This document shows positions 41,656 to 51,599 of a DNA stretch of 64,000 nt, in pieces (within the stretch, counting starts at the first letter, position 1; every line of letters starts with the position of its first letter). Below the pieces are notes generated by a model. The model saw nothing but the letters and a program-made list of their open reading frames with translations, did no database searches and was not told where the DNA came from. Both the position numbers and the translations under genes were made by a program. Origin of the DNA: Candidatus Multivoradales bacterium (GTDB lineage Bacteria > Acidobacteriota > Thermoanaerobaculia > Multivoradales > JAHEKO01); the NCBI GenBank assembly GCA_965223155.1, contig CBDCVR010000014.1, positions 1,152,001 to 1,216,000 of the forward strand, read 5' to 3'.

Positions 41656-44600
41656 GTGAGCCGCTCCCGCCAGTCTCTCGCCCAGCCTTCGAGCGGGCCC
41701 CGGACCAATCCGCTCGTGCGGTTCGCGGTCGAGCGGCGGGTGACGATGACGATGGCCGTTCTGGGCGTCTTCGTCCTGGGCTGGATCTCGCTCACGCGGC
41801 TGCCGCTCGAGTACCTGCCCAGCTTCTCGTCGTCTTCGATCACGGTCATCGCCAGCTACCCGTCCGCTTCCCCGGAGGAGGTGGAGCGTGAGGTGGTGCG
41901 GCCGCTCGAGGAATCGCTCGGCACGATCAACGGCATCGACGTCTTGGGCGCGAGCGCCACCGCCGACTCGGCCCGGGTGAGGCTCGAGTTCGTGGACGGC
42001 ACCGACATGGATTGGGCGGCGGTCGAGGTCCGGGACCGCGTCGACCGCGTTCGCCATCTCCTGCCCGACGATCTCGAGCGCATCTGGATCCGGCGCTTCC
42101 AATCGAGCGACATCCCGGTGCTGCGCTTCGATCTGTCGGCGCCGTGGCCCGAGGAACGCCTCTACAACTTCACCGAGGACATCCTGCTGCCGCGGCTGGA
42201 GCGGCTCGAAGGCGTGGCTCAGGTCGACATCGGCGGCACCCGCGCGCCCGAGCTTCAGATCAACATCGACCCGGACCGGCTGCAGGCTCATGGCGTCGGC
42301 CTGCGCGAGCTCCGCGCCGCTCTCGCCGACAACCACGTCAATCTCTCGGCCGGCGAGATCCGCGACGGCAACCGCAAGCTCCTGGTCCGGACGGTCGGCG
42401 AGTTCGAGAATCCGCGGGCGATCGCCGAGCTGCCGCTCCGGGCCTACGGGCTGCGGCTGGGCGACGTCGCGGACGTGGAGTACGCCTTCCCGGAGAAGGA
42501 GAACTTCAACTTCCTGAACGGCGTCGCCGCGGTCACCGTGTCGATCAACAAGACCTCGACCGCCAATCTTCTGCGGGTCGTCGAGCGAGTCAAGACCGAG
42601 CTCGCGACAATCGAACGGATGCCCGCCTCCGAAGGCTCCAAGTTCCGGATCTACCAGGACGCTTCGCTCGACGTGCAGAAGGGCCTGGGCCAGCTCCGCA
42701 ACGCAGGATTGATCGGCGGCCTGCTCGCGATCCTGGCCGTCTTCCTCTTCCTGCGCCGGCTCCAGACCACGGCACTCGTGGCCATCGCCATCCCGATCTC
42801 AGTGATCGCCACCTTCGTCCTGATCTTCATGCTCCGGCAGGCGGGAGTCCTGGACTTGACCCTCAACGTCATCAGCCTGGCCGGCCTCATGCTGGCTCTG
42901 GGCATGCTCGTGGACAACTCCGTCGTGGTCATCGAGTCGATCTTCCGGCACCGCAACGAGCTGGGCGAGGACGCGCGCACGGCGGCGCTCGCCGGCACCG
43001 CCGAGGTCGCCTTGCCGATCACCGCCTCGACCGCCACCACGATGTGTGTCTTCCTGCCCCTCATCTTCCTGTCCGGCGGAGCGCGCTTCAAGCTCTATCT
43101 GGCCAACATCGGCTGGACGGTCTGTATCGTCATGGTGGCCTCCCTGGTCGCGGCGCTGACGGTGGTGCCAATGGTCGCGGCGGTCATCTTGCGCGGCCAG
43201 AGCGCCCACAGCAGCCGCTGGGTCGAAGCTCTCCAAAGCAGCTACGGCCGCGTCCTGCGCCTGACGCTCCGCCATCGCTTCGCCTTCGTGGCGTCGATGC
43301 TGTTGCTCCTGGCGGGCACCTTCTATCTCTTCACCACCATCGAGCGCTCGTTTTCGGCGCGCTCGTTGGAGCGGCAGATCATCGTACGCGTGGATACGCC
43401 GCGCCAATATTCGCTCGACCAGACGGCCGCGCTTTACGACGAGGTGTATGAGCTCCTCGACGCCAACCGCGAGGAGCTCGAGATCGCCGACATCGCCTAC
43501 AACTACGACCGCTCCACCGGCCGCTCGCGAGCGAGCTGGCGGCGCAACCGCCAGTTTGACGTCTACCTCAAGGACGAGAGCGAAAGCCGCATGACGACCG
43601 CCGAAGCCACCGCCAAGCTGCGAACGCTTCTGCCCTCCAAGGCGGGCGTCGATCTGCGCATCGCCACCCAGGCCGGCCGCCACGGGACCTCGGGCGTCGA
43701 GATCAAGCTCATGGGCGACGATCCGGCCGTCTTGGAGCTCTTGGCCGACCGCGTCGCCCAGAGCCTGGCGGGCCTGCCCATGATCCGGGACGTGGACACG
43801 TCGCTCGAAAGCGGCGACGAAGAGATCCGGGTCGGTTTCAGCCCCGAGCGGACCGATCAGGCCGGTCTCACCGGCCAAGCCATCGCCGCCACCGTCGCCG
43901 GCGCCCTCTCGACGCGAGCCGTCACCCGCTACAAGACCGAGGATCGCGAGATCGGCATGGTGGTCCAGTACCGGCCGGAGGACCGGGAGACGCTCGAGCA
44001 GCTCAAGAACGTCCCGGTGCTCGCCACCCAGGCCGAGCTCCCGCTCGGCGCCCTGGCCGATTTCGAGACCGTGGAGGGGCCAAAGGCGATCGAGCGCGAG
44101 AACCGGCAGGCGCAAGTCACGGTCTCGGCCAATGCCATCGACGCCCGCTCGACCTTCGGCGCCATGCGCGCCATCGGCGGCATCCTGGGGTCTCTGCCCT
44201 TCCCGCCCGGCTACAGCTGGAGCTTCGGCCGCTGGAACCGCTTCATGCAGCAGGACCAGGACAGCGGCCTCTACGCCCTGCTGTTCGCCCTGCCCCTGGT
44301 GTACATGCTGCTTGCCGCTCTGTTCGAGAGTTTCGTCCAGCCTCTGGCGATCATGCTTTCGGTGCCCTTCGCTCTCTTCGGGGTCGCGGTCTCGATGAAG
44401 GTCGCGAACCAGCCCTGGGACACGATGACCATGCTCGGCCTCATCATCCTGCTGGGAGTGGTGGTCAACAACGCCATCGTCCTGATCGATCACATCAACA
44501 ACCTGCGCGCGGGCGGGCGGGCGCGAGACGAGGCCATCGTCCTGGGCGGGCAGCACCGCATGCGGCCGATCATCATCACCGCCGTCACCACGATCCTGGG

Positions 44601-44886
44601 CCTGTTGCCGATGATCGCTCCCTTCCTTCTGCCCCAAGTGTTCGGGGCGGTCGAGGGACGGGCCGCGAGCTGGGCTCCGATCGGGCTGGTGATCGTGGGC
44701 GGGCTCACCACCTCGACCTTTCTGACGCTCCTGATCTTGCCGACGGTCTACTCCCTGGTTGACGACGCTTCGATCTTCGCCCGGCAGGTCGCGAGCCTTC
44801 TGAGGCCGGAGATCGACGGACCCGCCGACCGGAACCGGGCCGACCGGGACCGGGACGGCTTGGAAGCCGAACCCCAAACGCTATAG
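41656..44886 (+). CDS. RND efflux permease (AcrB/AcrD/AcrF family)
   Basis: GMLVDNSVVVIE, VVNNAIVLID, RMRPIIIT, GGLTTST; 1076 aa. Confidence 0.93.
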   Translation: MSRSRQSLAQPSSGPRTNPLVRFAVERRVTMTMAVLGVFVLGWISLTRLPLEYLPSFSSSSITVIASYPSASPEEVEREVVRPLEESLGTINGIDVLGASATADSARVRLEFVDGTDMDWAAVEVRDRVDRVRHLLPDDLERIWIRRFQSSDIPVLRFDLSAPWPEERLYNFTEDILLPRLERLEGVAQVDIGGTRAPELQINIDPDRLQAHGVGLRELRAALADNHVNLSAGEIRDGNRKLLVRTVGEFENPRAIAELPLRAYGLRLGDVADVEYAFPEKENFNFLNGVAAVTVSINKTSTANLLRVVERVKTELATIERMPASEGSKFRIYQDASLDVQKGLGQLRNAGLIGGLLAILAVFLFLRRLQTTALVAIAIPISVIATFVLIFMLRQAGVLDLTLNVISLAGLMLALGMLVDNSVVVIESIFRHRNELGEDARTAALAGTAEVALPITASTATTMCVFLPLIFLSGGARFKLYLANIGWTVCIVMVASLVAALTVVPMVAAVILRGQSAHSSRWVEALQSSYGRVLRLTLRHRFAFVASMLLLLAGTFYLFTTIERSFSARSLERQIIVRVDTPRQYSLDQTAALYDEVYELLDANREELEIADIAYNYDRSTGRSRASWRRNRQFDVYLKDESESRMTTAEATAKLRTLLPSKAGVDLRIATQAGRHGTSGVEIKLMGDDPAVLELLADRVAQSLAGLPMIRDVDTSLESGDEEIRVGFSPERTDQAGLTGQAIAATVAGALSTRAVTRYKTEDREIGMVVQYRPEDRETLEQLKNVPVLATQAELPLGALADFETVEGPKAIERENRQAQVTVSANAIDARSTFGAMRAIGGILGSLPFPPGYSWSFGRWNRFMQQDQDSGLYALLFALPLVYMLLAALFESFVQPLAIMLSVPFALFGVAVSMKVANQPWDTMTMLGLIILLGVVVNNAIVLIDHINNLRAGGRARDEAIVLGGQHRMRPIIITAVTTILGLLPMIAPFLLPQVFGAVEGRAASWAPIGLVIVGGLTTSTFLTLLILPTVYSLVDDASIFARQVASLLRPEIDGPADRNRADRDRDGLEAEPQTL

Positions 44887-44904
44887 CCTCGGCCTCCTTC
44901 GGCA

Positions 44905-46284
44905 ATGATCAGGCACCGGCACCAGCGCTCTCTCAGACTCGGCCAACTCGGCCAACTCGGCCGACTCCGTCGCTTCGGCGGCTTCGGCCGCGGGGCGCTC
45001 CTGGGCGCCGGAACCGTACTCCTGGCCCTGGCGGCCGGGGCCTGCGGCGGCAGCGGCGGCGAACAATCCGCCGACCGGGGCCGTGAAGCCCGCGGCGGCG
45101 GCTCCGAGGCCACCCGACCGGATCGCTCCGGCCGATCGGACCAATCGGGCCAATCGGGCCAGGCGGGCCGACCCGGCCAGACCCAGGGCGGTGGCGGCGA
45201 ACGCGCGGGCCGGCGGCCCGGCGGCGGCCGCCCAGGAAGCGGCGGGCCGGGAGGAAGCTCGACCGCGATCCCGGTCGAAGTAGCGCCAGCCGAGCGGGCT
45301 TCGATCTCGTCCTACATCCAGGGCAGCGGGACGCTCGAGGCCGACAACGAGGTGGACATCGTCGCGCGCACGTCAGGTCCGATCGTCGAGCTCCGTACCG
45401 AGGAGGGCCGCCGAGCCGGTCGCGGGGAGCTCCTGGCCCGGATCGAAGACGACGAGGCTCGGGCCCAGCTCGAGATCTCGCGCGTGACCCTCGAGGAGGC
45501 CGAGAGCGCCTTCGAACGGGCCGAGAGCCTCAAGGCCAATCAGCTCATCAGCCCCGAGGAATACGATCGCGTGCGCTCGGAGCTCGACACCGCCCGGGCC
45601 CAGTTCACCGCGAACCGGCTCCAGGTTGACTACACCCAGATTCGGGCCCCATTCGCCGGGCTGATCGTCAACCGTTACGTAGACCGGGCCCAGCAGGTCG
45701 GCCCGGGCGCCGCGCTGTTTCGCATCTCGGATTTCGATCCCCTGCTCTGCCCGGTGCAGGTTCCCGAGCGCGAGCTGCCCAAGCTCGCCATCGGCCAGAC
45801 GGCCTATCTGACCGTCGAGGCTTGGCCGGACGAGCGCTTTCCCGCTCGCGTGCTGCGTTTGAGCCCGGTCGTCGACTCTTCGACCGGAACCATCAAGGTG
45901 ACCCTGGACGTCGACGGCAGCGGCCAGCTGCGCCCCGGAATGTTCGCCCGGGTCTTCCTCGAGACCGATACCCACGAGGAAGCGGTAGTGATCCCCAAAG
46001 CGGCGCTCTCTCTCGAGAGTCTCGGAGACGCGGTCTTCGTCTTGGACGGCGGCGTCGCCCGCCGGCGCGACGTCGTCTTGGGCTTCGAGGAGGGCGAATC
46101 GGTCGAGGTTCTCTCCGGCGTTGCCGTGGGCGAAGAGGTCATCGTCGTCGGACAGGACGGACTTGCCGACGGCACTCAGGTCCAGGTGCTGGCGCCGGTC
46201 GCGACCGAAACAAGCGCGGCGGCACCGGCCGGTGCCGATCGCCAATCCTCGTCACGACCCGCCACTGGATCCAAGGGCTCCTGA
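44905..46284 (+). CDS. RND periplasmic adaptor (membrane fusion) lipoprotein
   Basis: LAAGAC lipobox, IRAPFAG, LRPGMF, VEVLSGV; start uncertain. Confidence 0.9.
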   Translation: MIRHRHQRSLRLGQLGQLGRLRRFGGFGRGALLGAGTVLLALAAGACGGSGGEQSADRGREARGGGSEATRPDRSGRSDQSGQSGQAGRPGQTQGGGGERAGRRPGGGRPGSGGPGGSSTAIPVEVAPAERASISSYIQGSGTLEADNEVDIVARTSGPIVELRTEEGRRAGRGELLARIEDDEARAQLEISRVTLEEAESAFERAESLKANQLISPEEYDRVRSELDTARAQFTANRLQVDYTQIRAPFAGLIVNRYVDRAQQVGPGAALFRISDFDPLLCPVQVPERELPKLAIGQTAYLTVEAWPDERFPARVLRLSPVVDSSTGTIKVTLDVDGSGQLRPGMFARVFLETDTHEEAVVIPKAALSLESLGDAVFVLDGGVARRRDVVLGFEEGESVEVLSGVAVGEEVIVVGQDGLADGTQVQVLAPVATETSAAAPAGADRQSSSRPATGSKGS

Positions 46285-46337
46285 GATCCGGGGCTCGGAA
46301 TGGCGAACTCTCCGGCGCCGCGTCCGTAGTTCCTGGT

Positions 46338-46916
46338 ATGAGAACGACTTCGAACCAAGGTCCCACGCGGCTCGTGCTCGCGCTGACGGCCGTGCTCGCC
46401 ATCTCGTCCGCCCAGAGTGCCCTCGGCCAGCGCGGCGACTGCCGGGGAGCGGTGGCCACCACCTGGGAGATCCGGATCACGTCACCCGAGGAAGCGGGCA
46501 AGCCCCTGACGGTTTCGGGAACGGTCTTCGCCGCCGACGGCGAGACGCCGCTGCCCGGAGTCACGGTTTTCGTCTACCACACCGATGCCGAGGGCTACTA
46601 TTCGCCGAACGGCGCCGACGAGTCAGACGCTCGCCTGTGCGGAGTCATGAAGACCGACGCCCGGGGCCGGTACCGGTTCCACACGATCCGCCCGGCGAGC
46701 TACCCGGGAACGCGGATTCCGCAGCACGTCCACTTCGTGGTCTCCGGCGAGAACCTTCGAACCCAGCGCTTCGACCTGCACTTCGAAGGCGACCCCAGCC
46801 TTCGCGGCCGCCGTTCGAGCGGACGCTGGGCCAAGATCCAGCCGGTGACCGAGATGGAAGACGGCGGCCAGCAGGTGCTCAAGGACCTGCGGCTAGCCGC
46901 TCCAGCCTCGCGCTAG
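46338..46916 (+). CDS. Secreted intradiol ring-cleavage dioxygenase-like protein
   Basis: Signal peptide, GKPLTVSGTV, YHTDAEGYY, TDARGRYRFHTIRPASYP, HVH. Confidence 0.8.
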   Translation: MRTTSNQGPTRLVLALTAVLAISSAQSALGQRGDCRGAVATTWEIRITSPEEAGKPLTVSGTVFAADGETPLPGVTVFVYHTDAEGYYSPNGADESDARLCGVMKTDARGRYRFHTIRPASYPGTRIPQHVHFVVSGENLRTQRFDLHFEGDPSLRGRRSSGRWAKIQPVTEMEDGGQQVLKDLRLAAPASR

Positions 46917-46926
46917 CGGTTCCGGC

Positions 46927-47487
46927 TCAGCTCGGCCACAGCCAGCCGAACACGCCGGCGGTTACCAGTGCGTAGACGATCCCATCCGCGACGTGCTTCG
47001 CGGTGGTCGTCCAGGACTGGTACTTCCAGATCGAATCCACCAGGTTGCCGAGGGCGTAGCCGACGAGAGCAACCGTGCCGACGAAGCGGAAGACTGCCAG
47101 GTAATGAGCTCCGGGGCCAAGCGCCCGGCCCGCCACGTAGGCGGCGAAAACTCCAATCAGAAGGCAGTAGACGAACCACATCACCAGGTTGCTGCCCATC
47201 GAGATCGGCCCATTGGGGATCACGGTCATGACCGCCACCGGCCCCTCCTTGTACTTCTCCTGCATCTCGGGCGTGTTGAGATCCTTCATGTCGGCGGGCC
47301 GCGGGATCGAATAGTGTCCGGGCGCGACGCCCACGCCACGCAACGCCGCTCGCAGCTCGTCCTCCTTGGGGTGCATGGCGTAGTCGGAGTTGTGGTACCC
47401 GAGCACCATGTGAATGATCGAGCTGACCACGAAGACAAAGACGGCGGCGACCAGAATCGGCAGCCACAAAGCCGGTAGTGGAACCAT
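46927..47487 (-). CDS. Hypothetical membrane protein
   Basis: GGAGGAGG RBS; about 5 TM helices; SSIIHMVL, YKEGPV, DGIVYAL. Confidence 0.75.
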   Translation of the reverse strand: MVPLPALWLPILVAAVFVFVVSSIIHMVLGYHNSDYAMHPKEDELRAALRGVGVAPGHYSIPRPADMKDLNTPEMQEKYKEGPVAVMTVIPNGPISMGSNLVMWFVYCLLIGVFAAYVAGRALGPGAHYLAVFRFVGTVALVGYALGNLVDSIWKYQSWTTTAKHVADGIVYALVTAGVFGWLWPS

Positions 47488-47712
47488 GAATTCCTCCTCC
47501 TTGAAAGCCACCCGCTGGCCAACCGGCCAACCGGCGGCGAGTTCTCATCGCTGGTTGATCCAAGCTTACCAGCGCCCAGGATCACGACCGGCGGCGCGTG
47601 CTACGATCCCGTCCCGAAAGCCGACGCAGCCGGGTCCCGGGGCCGGTCCCGAGACCGGCTCCTGGAGCGCCGATCGAGCCGCGCCGCGCGAGCTCGGGCC
47701 GCCACCAAGGCC

Positions 47713-50700
47713 ATGAAGATCGTCGAGTTCTCAACCCGCCGCCCGGTCTCGGTCTTCATCTTCGCGCTTGCCGCAGTGGTCTTCGGCTGGGTGTCCTTTC
47801 AGCGGCTGGCCCTCGATCTCCTTCCCGACATCACCTACCCCTCGGTCACGGTTCGCACCGAGTTCGAAGGCGCGGCGCCGGTCGAGGTCGAGAACCTGAT
47901 CAGCCGCCCCATCGAGAACGCCGTGGGTGTCGTCAATAACGTGGTGCGGGTGTCGTCGAGCTCGCGCTCGGACGTCAGCGAAGTGGTGCTGGAATTCAGT
48001 TGGGGCACCAACATGGACCTTGCCGCCCTCGACGTCCGGGAGCGCCTGGACGTCTTGCAGCTTCCCCAGGAAGCCGAGCGGCCGGTCTTGCTGCGGTACG
48101 ACCCGGCGCTAGATCCGATCCTGCGCCTGGGTCTCGCGGGCGACGAGGACCTGATCCGGCTTCGTCTCCTGGCCGAGGAACAGGTCAAGCGAGCTCTGGA
48201 GCGGATCGAGGGAGTGGCCGCCGCGGTGGTCTCCGGCGGCCTCGAAGAAGAAATTCAGGTCCGCATCGACGAGCGCCAGCTCGCCGGCCAGGACCTGGAC
48301 GTTGGCCGCGTCGTCGAGCGGCTGGCCCAGGAGAACGTCAACCTGACCGGCGGCCGGCTGCGCGAAGGCCAGACCGAGTTCATCGTGCGCACGGTCAACG
48401 AGTACCTGCGCGCCCAGGACCTCGAAGACGTCATCCTCTCCTCCTCGGGTGGAGCCGTGCTGCGTCTGCGGGATGTCGGGCGGGTAGTGCGGAGTCACAA
48501 GGAGCGCGAGATCGTGACCCGCATCAACGGGCGCGAGACGGTCGAGATCGCGGTCTACAAGGAGGGCGGCACCAATACCGTCGCGGTCTCGGACGCGGTC
48601 CAGGATCGGATCCAAGAGATTTCCGCCCGGCTCAAGCAGTCCGATCCCAGCCTCGAGCTGGTGGTCGTTACCGACCAGGCCCGCTACATCCGGCAGTCCA
48701 TCTCGGAGGTCTTGAAGACCGCTCTCATCGGCGGACTCCTCGCCATTGCCGTGCTGTTCGCGTTTCTCAGGAGCTGGAAGACGACCGCGATCGTGGGCCT
48801 GGCGATCCCGATCTCGGTGGTGGCCACCTTCTTTCTCATGTACGCCTTCGGCATCTCGCTCAACATCATGTCGCTGGGGGGCCTCACCTTGGGCATCGGT
48901 CTCTTGGTCGATAACTCGATCGTGGTCCTCGAATCCATCCAGCGCCGCCGGGAGCGGGGCTTGAACGTGGTCGAGGCAGCCGAAGCCGGCACCGGAGAGG
49001 TCGGACGCGCCGTCGTCGCCAGCACCATGACCACAATCTGCGTCTTCGTTCCGATCGTCTTCGTCGAAGGCATCGCCGGCCAGCTCTTCGGCGATCAGGC
49101 CTTGACCGTTACCTTCTCGCTGGTGGTCTCGCTCCTGGTGGCGCTCACCGTGATCCCGATGCTGGCCTCGCGGCGGTTTCGGCCGGACGCCGGGCCCGGC
49201 GAGAAGCAAGCGCACGAAACCCCGCGCGTGGGGCGCGCTGCCCGAGCGACCGCCGCCGTGCTCCGGCCCTTCCTGGCCGTGACGCGCGCCGTGGCCGGCG
49301 CCGTCCACCGGTTGCTCGAACCCGTTCTCGGCGTCATCGCCAAACTGCTGGACCGGATCCGGGACGGGTACGGGGTCGTCCTGGACGGGGCCCTGGCACG
49401 GCCCCTGGTGGCCGTAGCACTGGCGCTCGTGCTTCTGGCGGGAACCCTCCTTCTCGCCCCCAGACTGGGCCGCGAGCTGGTGCCGGAGCTGGTGCAAGGC
49501 GAATTTTTCGTCGACCTCGAGCTGCCACCGGGAACCAACCTGGAGGTCACCGACCGCCGGATGCGTCACATCGAGCGCGCCGCCGCCGAGCTGCCTCGAA
49601 CCGCCACCGTCTACGCCATCGCCGGTGCCTCGAACGAGCAGGGAGGCTCGGCCGGCGAGACTCGCGAGAACATCGGCCAGATCACCGTGGTTCTTGCTCC
49701 ACCGACGGACCGGGAGCTGGAAGACGGGCTCATCGAGGAGCTGCGCTCGACCCTGGACGACCAGCAGGAGCTCGACTACCGCTTCGCTCGGCCTTCGTAC
49801 TTCAGCTTCCGCACGCCGGTCGAAGTCGAGATTCGGGGATTCAACCTGGGCGTTCTCCGGCGGCTGGCGGCCGAGTTGACCCGCACCATGGGCTCGATCC
49901 CCGGCCTCGAAGACGTCAAGTCTTCGGCCGAAGGAGGCAACCCGGAGCTTCAGATCCGATTCGACCGCACGCTCTTGGCAAAGTACGGCCTCTCGATTGC
50001 CGACGTCGCTCCCGTGGTCCGCACCAAGATCCAGGGAGCGGTCGCCACCGACATCCAGCGGCAGGACCGAGCCATCGACATCCGGCTTCAGGCGGCCGAG
50101 GAATACCGCAACAGCGCCGACGATCTGGCCCGGCTCATCCTGGCTCAAGCCGGCGAGACCCCGATTCCACTGTCAGCGGTCGCCCGGATCCAGGAAGTCG
50201 AAGGGCCGGCCGAGATTCGCCGCGCCGAAGGCGAGCGGGTAGCGCTTATCACCGCCAACCTCGCCGGCCGCGACCTGGCAAGCACTTCACAGGACATCCG
50301 CCGGGCCCTCCAAGCGATGGACATGCCGAGCGGTTTCGACTGGGAGATCGGCGGCCAGCAGCAAGAAATGGATGTTTCCTTCCGGTCGATGCGTCTGGCG
50401 ATCCTGCTGGCGATCTTCATGGTCTATCTCGTGATGGCCTCTCAGTTCGAGTCCCTCCTCCATCCCCTGGTGATTCTGCTGAGCGTTCCGTTCGCCCTGG
50501 TCGGGGTTCTCCTGGCGCTGTGGCTGGCCCGGGTGAATCTCTCGATCGTGGTCCTGATCGGAGCGATCCTCTTGGCCGGAGTCGTGGTCAACAACGCCAT
50601 CCTGCTGGTCGACTACGCCAACCGCCTTCGCCGCCGGGGAGAGAAGAAGATCGAGGCGCTACGCCAGGCCGGCCGCGTGCGGTTGCGCCCCATCCTGATG

Positions 50701-50871
50701 ACCACGTCCACCACGGTCCTGGGCCTGGTACCCATGGCCATCGGCCTGGGCGAAGGCTCCGAGCTCAGAAGCCCGATGGCCCTGACCGTGATCGGAGGGC
50801 TCCTGACCTCGACCCTGCTGACCCTGGTGCTGGTGCCCGTCGTCTACAGCCTACTCGACCGGCGGCCGTAG
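47713..50871 (+). CDS. Second RND efflux permease (AcrB/AcrD/AcrF family)
   Basis: GLLVDNSIVVLE, VVNNAILLVD, RLRPILMTT, GGLLTST; 1052 aa. Confidence 0.94.
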   Translation: MKIVEFSTRRPVSVFIFALAAVVFGWVSFQRLALDLLPDITYPSVTVRTEFEGAAPVEVENLISRPIENAVGVVNNVVRVSSSSRSDVSEVVLEFSWGTNMDLAALDVRERLDVLQLPQEAERPVLLRYDPALDPILRLGLAGDEDLIRLRLLAEEQVKRALERIEGVAAAVVSGGLEEEIQVRIDERQLAGQDLDVGRVVERLAQENVNLTGGRLREGQTEFIVRTVNEYLRAQDLEDVILSSSGGAVLRLRDVGRVVRSHKEREIVTRINGRETVEIAVYKEGGTNTVAVSDAVQDRIQEISARLKQSDPSLELVVVTDQARYIRQSISEVLKTALIGGLLAIAVLFAFLRSWKTTAIVGLAIPISVVATFFLMYAFGISLNIMSLGGLTLGIGLLVDNSIVVLESIQRRRERGLNVVEAAEAGTGEVGRAVVASTMTTICVFVPIVFVEGIAGQLFGDQALTVTFSLVVSLLVALTVIPMLASRRFRPDAGPGEKQAHETPRVGRAARATAAVLRPFLAVTRAVAGAVHRLLEPVLGVIAKLLDRIRDGYGVVLDGALARPLVAVALALVLLAGTLLLAPRLGRELVPELVQGEFFVDLELPPGTNLEVTDRRMRHIERAAAELPRTATVYAIAGASNEQGGSAGETRENIGQITVVLAPPTDRELEDGLIEELRSTLDDQQELDYRFARPSYFSFRTPVEVEIRGFNLGVLRRLAAELTRTMGSIPGLEDVKSSAEGGNPELQIRFDRTLLAKYGLSIADVAPVVRTKIQGAVATDIQRQDRAIDIRLQAAEEYRNSADDLARLILAQAGETPIPLSAVARIQEVEGPAEIRRAEGERVALITANLAGRDLASTSQDIRRALQAMDMPSGFDWEIGGQQQEMDVSFRSMRLAILLAIFMVYLVMASQFESLLHPLVILLSVPFALVGVLLALWLARVNLSIVVLIGAILLAGVVVNNAILLVDYANRLRRRGEKKIEALRQAGRVRLRPILMTTSTTVLGLVPMAIGLGEGSELRSPMALTVIGGLLTSTLLTLVLVPVVYSLLDRRP

Positions 50872-50912
50872 CACGAGCACCGAGCCGGGAGCTCCCAGCC
50901 ACACCGGCCCGA

Positions 50913-50993
50913 CCAACGGAATCAACCGGATCAACCGGATCAACCGGTTCAACCGGATCAACCGGATTGGGCGGATCGGGCGGATCGGGCGCC
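50913..50993. repeat. 9-bp tandem array TCAACCGGA x5 grading into TCGGGCGGA x3
   Basis: Units begin at 50913, 50922, 50931, 50940, 50949, 50958, 50967, 50976 and 50985, between convergent genes. Confidence 0.9.
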
Positions 50994-51526
50994 TACTGAG
51001 ACTCGGTGACGTCGATCTTGCAGACGATCCGGTCGCCGGCCGCGAGCTTGCCCTTCACCAGAACCGTCGCCTCGCCGATGATGGCGGAGCCGGTACCGGC
51101 CAGAATGCCCAGCGGGGAGACCTCGCGGTTCAAGAGCTTGGCCTGAATCCCGTTCTTGAGCTTGCCGCCGAGTTTCGGAACGTTCAACTGGGTGCCGCCG
51201 CCGCCCAGGAACTTGATGTTCGAAAAGGTGACCTTGTTGTTGCCGACGAAGTTTCCGTCGGCGTCCCTGCGGTCGCACTCGGCAAAGATCTCGTAGGTCA
51301 CCGACCCCGGCCGGTAGTGCGGAATCCAGATCCAGAAGATCTTCTGCTTCTTGAGCTTGCCCGCCTTGGTCACCTCGAGATCGAAGAATCCGCCATCCGA
51401 CTGATACAGAAACTGGGCCTCGGCACCCGTCGCCAGCACCACGACGAGCGCGAGTGCCCAGACCACGATCATCGCCGCCTTGCGCGCCGCTCCAGACTGC
51501 AATTTCGTCGATCCGATTCCAGGCAT
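50993..51526 (-). CDS. Hypothetical exported protein
   Basis: Signal peptide ending AEA, Lys-rich beta domain with two Cys; GGGAGG RBS. Confidence 0.65.
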   Translation of the reverse strand: MPGIGSTKLQSGAARKAAMIVVWALALVVVLATGAEAQFLYQSDGGFFDLEVTKAGKLKKQKIFWIWIPHYRPGSVTYEIFAECDRRDADGNFVGNNKVTFSNIKFLGGGGTQLNVPKLGGKLKNGIQAKLLNREVSPLGILAGTGSAIIGEATVLVKGKLAAGDRIVCKIDVTESQ

Positions 51527-51599
51527 CGCTTCCTCCCCTCCGGGTTGGTCGTTAGACTCGGCAGTCTATCGCATCCGTTGAGGAGCGCCCCCCCCACTC

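Noticed and set aside
50913-50993. CRISPR array candidate
   Set aside because: 9-bp tandem units without unique spacers, and no cas genes in the window.
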